Position numbers and translations under genes: made by a program | Source of the DNA: a bacterium | GTDB lineage: Bacteria; Sysuimicrobiota; Sysuimicrobiia; Sysuimicrobiales; Humicultoraceae | Direction of reading: 5' to 3' | Assembly: GCA_041497675.1 (NCBI GenBank) | Contig: JBGQGY010000035.1 | Location: 1 to 27,362 of the forward strand | Length of the DNA stretch: 27,362 bases | Part shown: positions 26,311-27,362 of the stretch, in pieces | Position numbering within the stretch: position 1 is the first letter of the stretch | Layout: each line of letters starts with the position of its first letter | The notes under the pieces: model-generated | What the model saw: only the letters and a program-made list of their open reading frames with translations | Database searches by the model: none | Told to the model about the DNA's origin: nothing

Positions 26311-27362
26311 ATGCCGCAAGGCGTGAAAGCGACAGGCAAGTTGGCAGTGGCCCTGGTGGCCATTGTGATCCTCGCGATAGGTTTGGCTCCCCAGGCTATC
26401 GCTCAGGCGCCGACGCGATTGACCGTCTACACCGCCATTGAGAATGACCAGTTAGGCTACTTCAAGTCGTCGTTCGAGGCGGACACCCCCGGGGTCATCA
26501 TCGACTGGGTGCGTGACTCGACCGGGGTCATCACGGCCCGCATCCTCGCCGAGCGGGCAAACCCCCGCGCCGACGCCATCTGGGGACTGGCCGTCACCAG
26601 CCTGTTGATCTTCGAAGACCAGAACATGCTCCAGCCGTACACACCTCGAGGCGCGGATGCTCTCAAACCCGCGTTCCGCGACAGCAAGAACCCCATGAAC
26701 TGGACGGGTATGGACGCCTTCCTGTCTGTGATCTGCTACAACACCGTGGAGGCGAAAAAGCGGGGTCTGCGCGCCCCCTTCTCCTGGCAAGACCTGCTCA
26801 GCCCTGCCTACAAGGGACGGATCGTGATGCCCAACCCGGCATCGTCCGGTACCGGTTATCTCACGATCGCGGCGTGGCTGCAGATGATGGGTGAGCAGAA
26901 GGGTTGGGCGTTTATGGACAAGATCCACGAGAACATCGGTATCTACCTCCACTCCGGCTCGGCGCCGTGCGTGCGGGCGGCGCAGGGGGAGTTCTCGATG
27001 GGCATCGGGTTCGACGGGCGCGGCGCGCTCCTGAAGCAGCAGGGGGCGCCGATCGAAGTCATCATTCCGAAGGAAGGCGCCGGCTGGGACATGGAGGCGA
27101 CCGGCATCATCCGCGGGACGCGCAACCTGGCGGCCGCGCAGCGCCTGGCGGACTTTGCGGTCAGCCGCAAGGCCAACGAGATATACAACGGCGTCGGCGG
27201 GCCGGACCGGACGTCGTACGCGATCGTGGCGCTGCCCGGCATGACCAATGTGCCGCCTTTCTACCCACCGAACGCTGAGAAACAGATGTTCAAGAACGAC
27301 TTCGCGTGGATGGCGAAGAATCGGGACCGCATCCTCCAGGAGTGGGCAAAGCGCTACGACGC
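26311..27362 (+). CDS. aepX: 2-aminoethylphosphonate ABC transporter substrate-binding protein (AepX), 3'-truncated by window edge
   Basis: Not in the ORF track because it has no stop in the window; translated by hand from ATG 26311. Signal peptide, then LTVYTAIE, WVRDSTGVITARILAE, ADAIWGLA, WTGMDA, MPNPASSGTG, YLHSGSAPC, GWDMEA, KNDFAWMAKNRDRILQEWAKRYD. Confidence 0.9.
   Translation, partial: MPQGVKATGKLAVALVAIVILAIGLAPQAIAQAPTRLTVYTAIENDQLGYFKSSFEADTPGVIIDWVRDSTGVITARILAERANPRADAIWGLAVTSLLIFEDQNMLQPYTPRGADALKPAFRDSKNPMNWTGMDAFLSVICYNTVEAKKRGLRAPFSWQDLLSPAYKGRIVMPNPASSGTGYLTIAAWLQMMGEQKGWAFMDKIHENIGIYLHSGSAPCVRAAQGEFSMGIGFDGRGALLKQQGAPIEVIIPKEGAGWDMEATGIIRGTRNLAAAQRLADFAVSRKANEIYNGVGGPDRTSYAIVALPGMTNVPPFYPPNAEKQMFKNDFAWMAKNRDRILQEWAKRYD

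Noticed and set aside
1..27362. CRISPR arrays, tRNA/rRNA, IS elements, riboswitches, intrinsic terminators
   Set aside because: No regular repeats, RNA gene signatures, transposase motifs or convincing hairpin + U-tract seen by eye. Intergenic gaps are short. A covariance-model search could still find weak elements.

Overview
High-GC bacterial chromosomal window densely packed with metabolic genes. I found no rRNA, tRNA, CRISPR array or mobile element. Left part (1-15.1 kb): CoA-transferase beta subunit (5'-truncated), DHDPS-family lyase/dehydratase, 2-hydroxyacid dehydrogenase, SIS sugar-phosphate deaminase, NodIJ-like ABC-2 exporter, a divergent CGNR-zinc-finger/DinB pair with a duplicated TAACC-N18-RGTTA palindrome, a pckA-pfkA pair, MFS/BtuF-like/PHP phosphatase genes, a lower-GC secreted protein, a methyltransferase and a lipoprotein. 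Right part (15.1-27.4 kb): a minus-strand run lysR-pbfA-S9 peptidase-His phosphatase-GCS2 ligase-SDR, divergent from a plus-strand operon CoA-transferase A/B - citrate-synthase/citryl-CoA-lyase-like protein - PhdK-like aldehyde dehydrogenase - aepX (2-aminoethylphosphonate ABC binding protein, 3'-truncated and missing from the ORF track). The main finding is this aminophosphonate locus. It has recognisable pbfA and aepX, but between them, where phnX or phnY/phnA would be expected, lie an ALDH, a CoA-transferase and a citrate-synthase-fold protein lacking the canonical catalytic Asp. This suggests an undescribed CoA-dependent route of C-P bond cleavage via phosphonoacetyl-CoA. That pathway is inference; all family calls come from motif recognition by eye, with no database searches.
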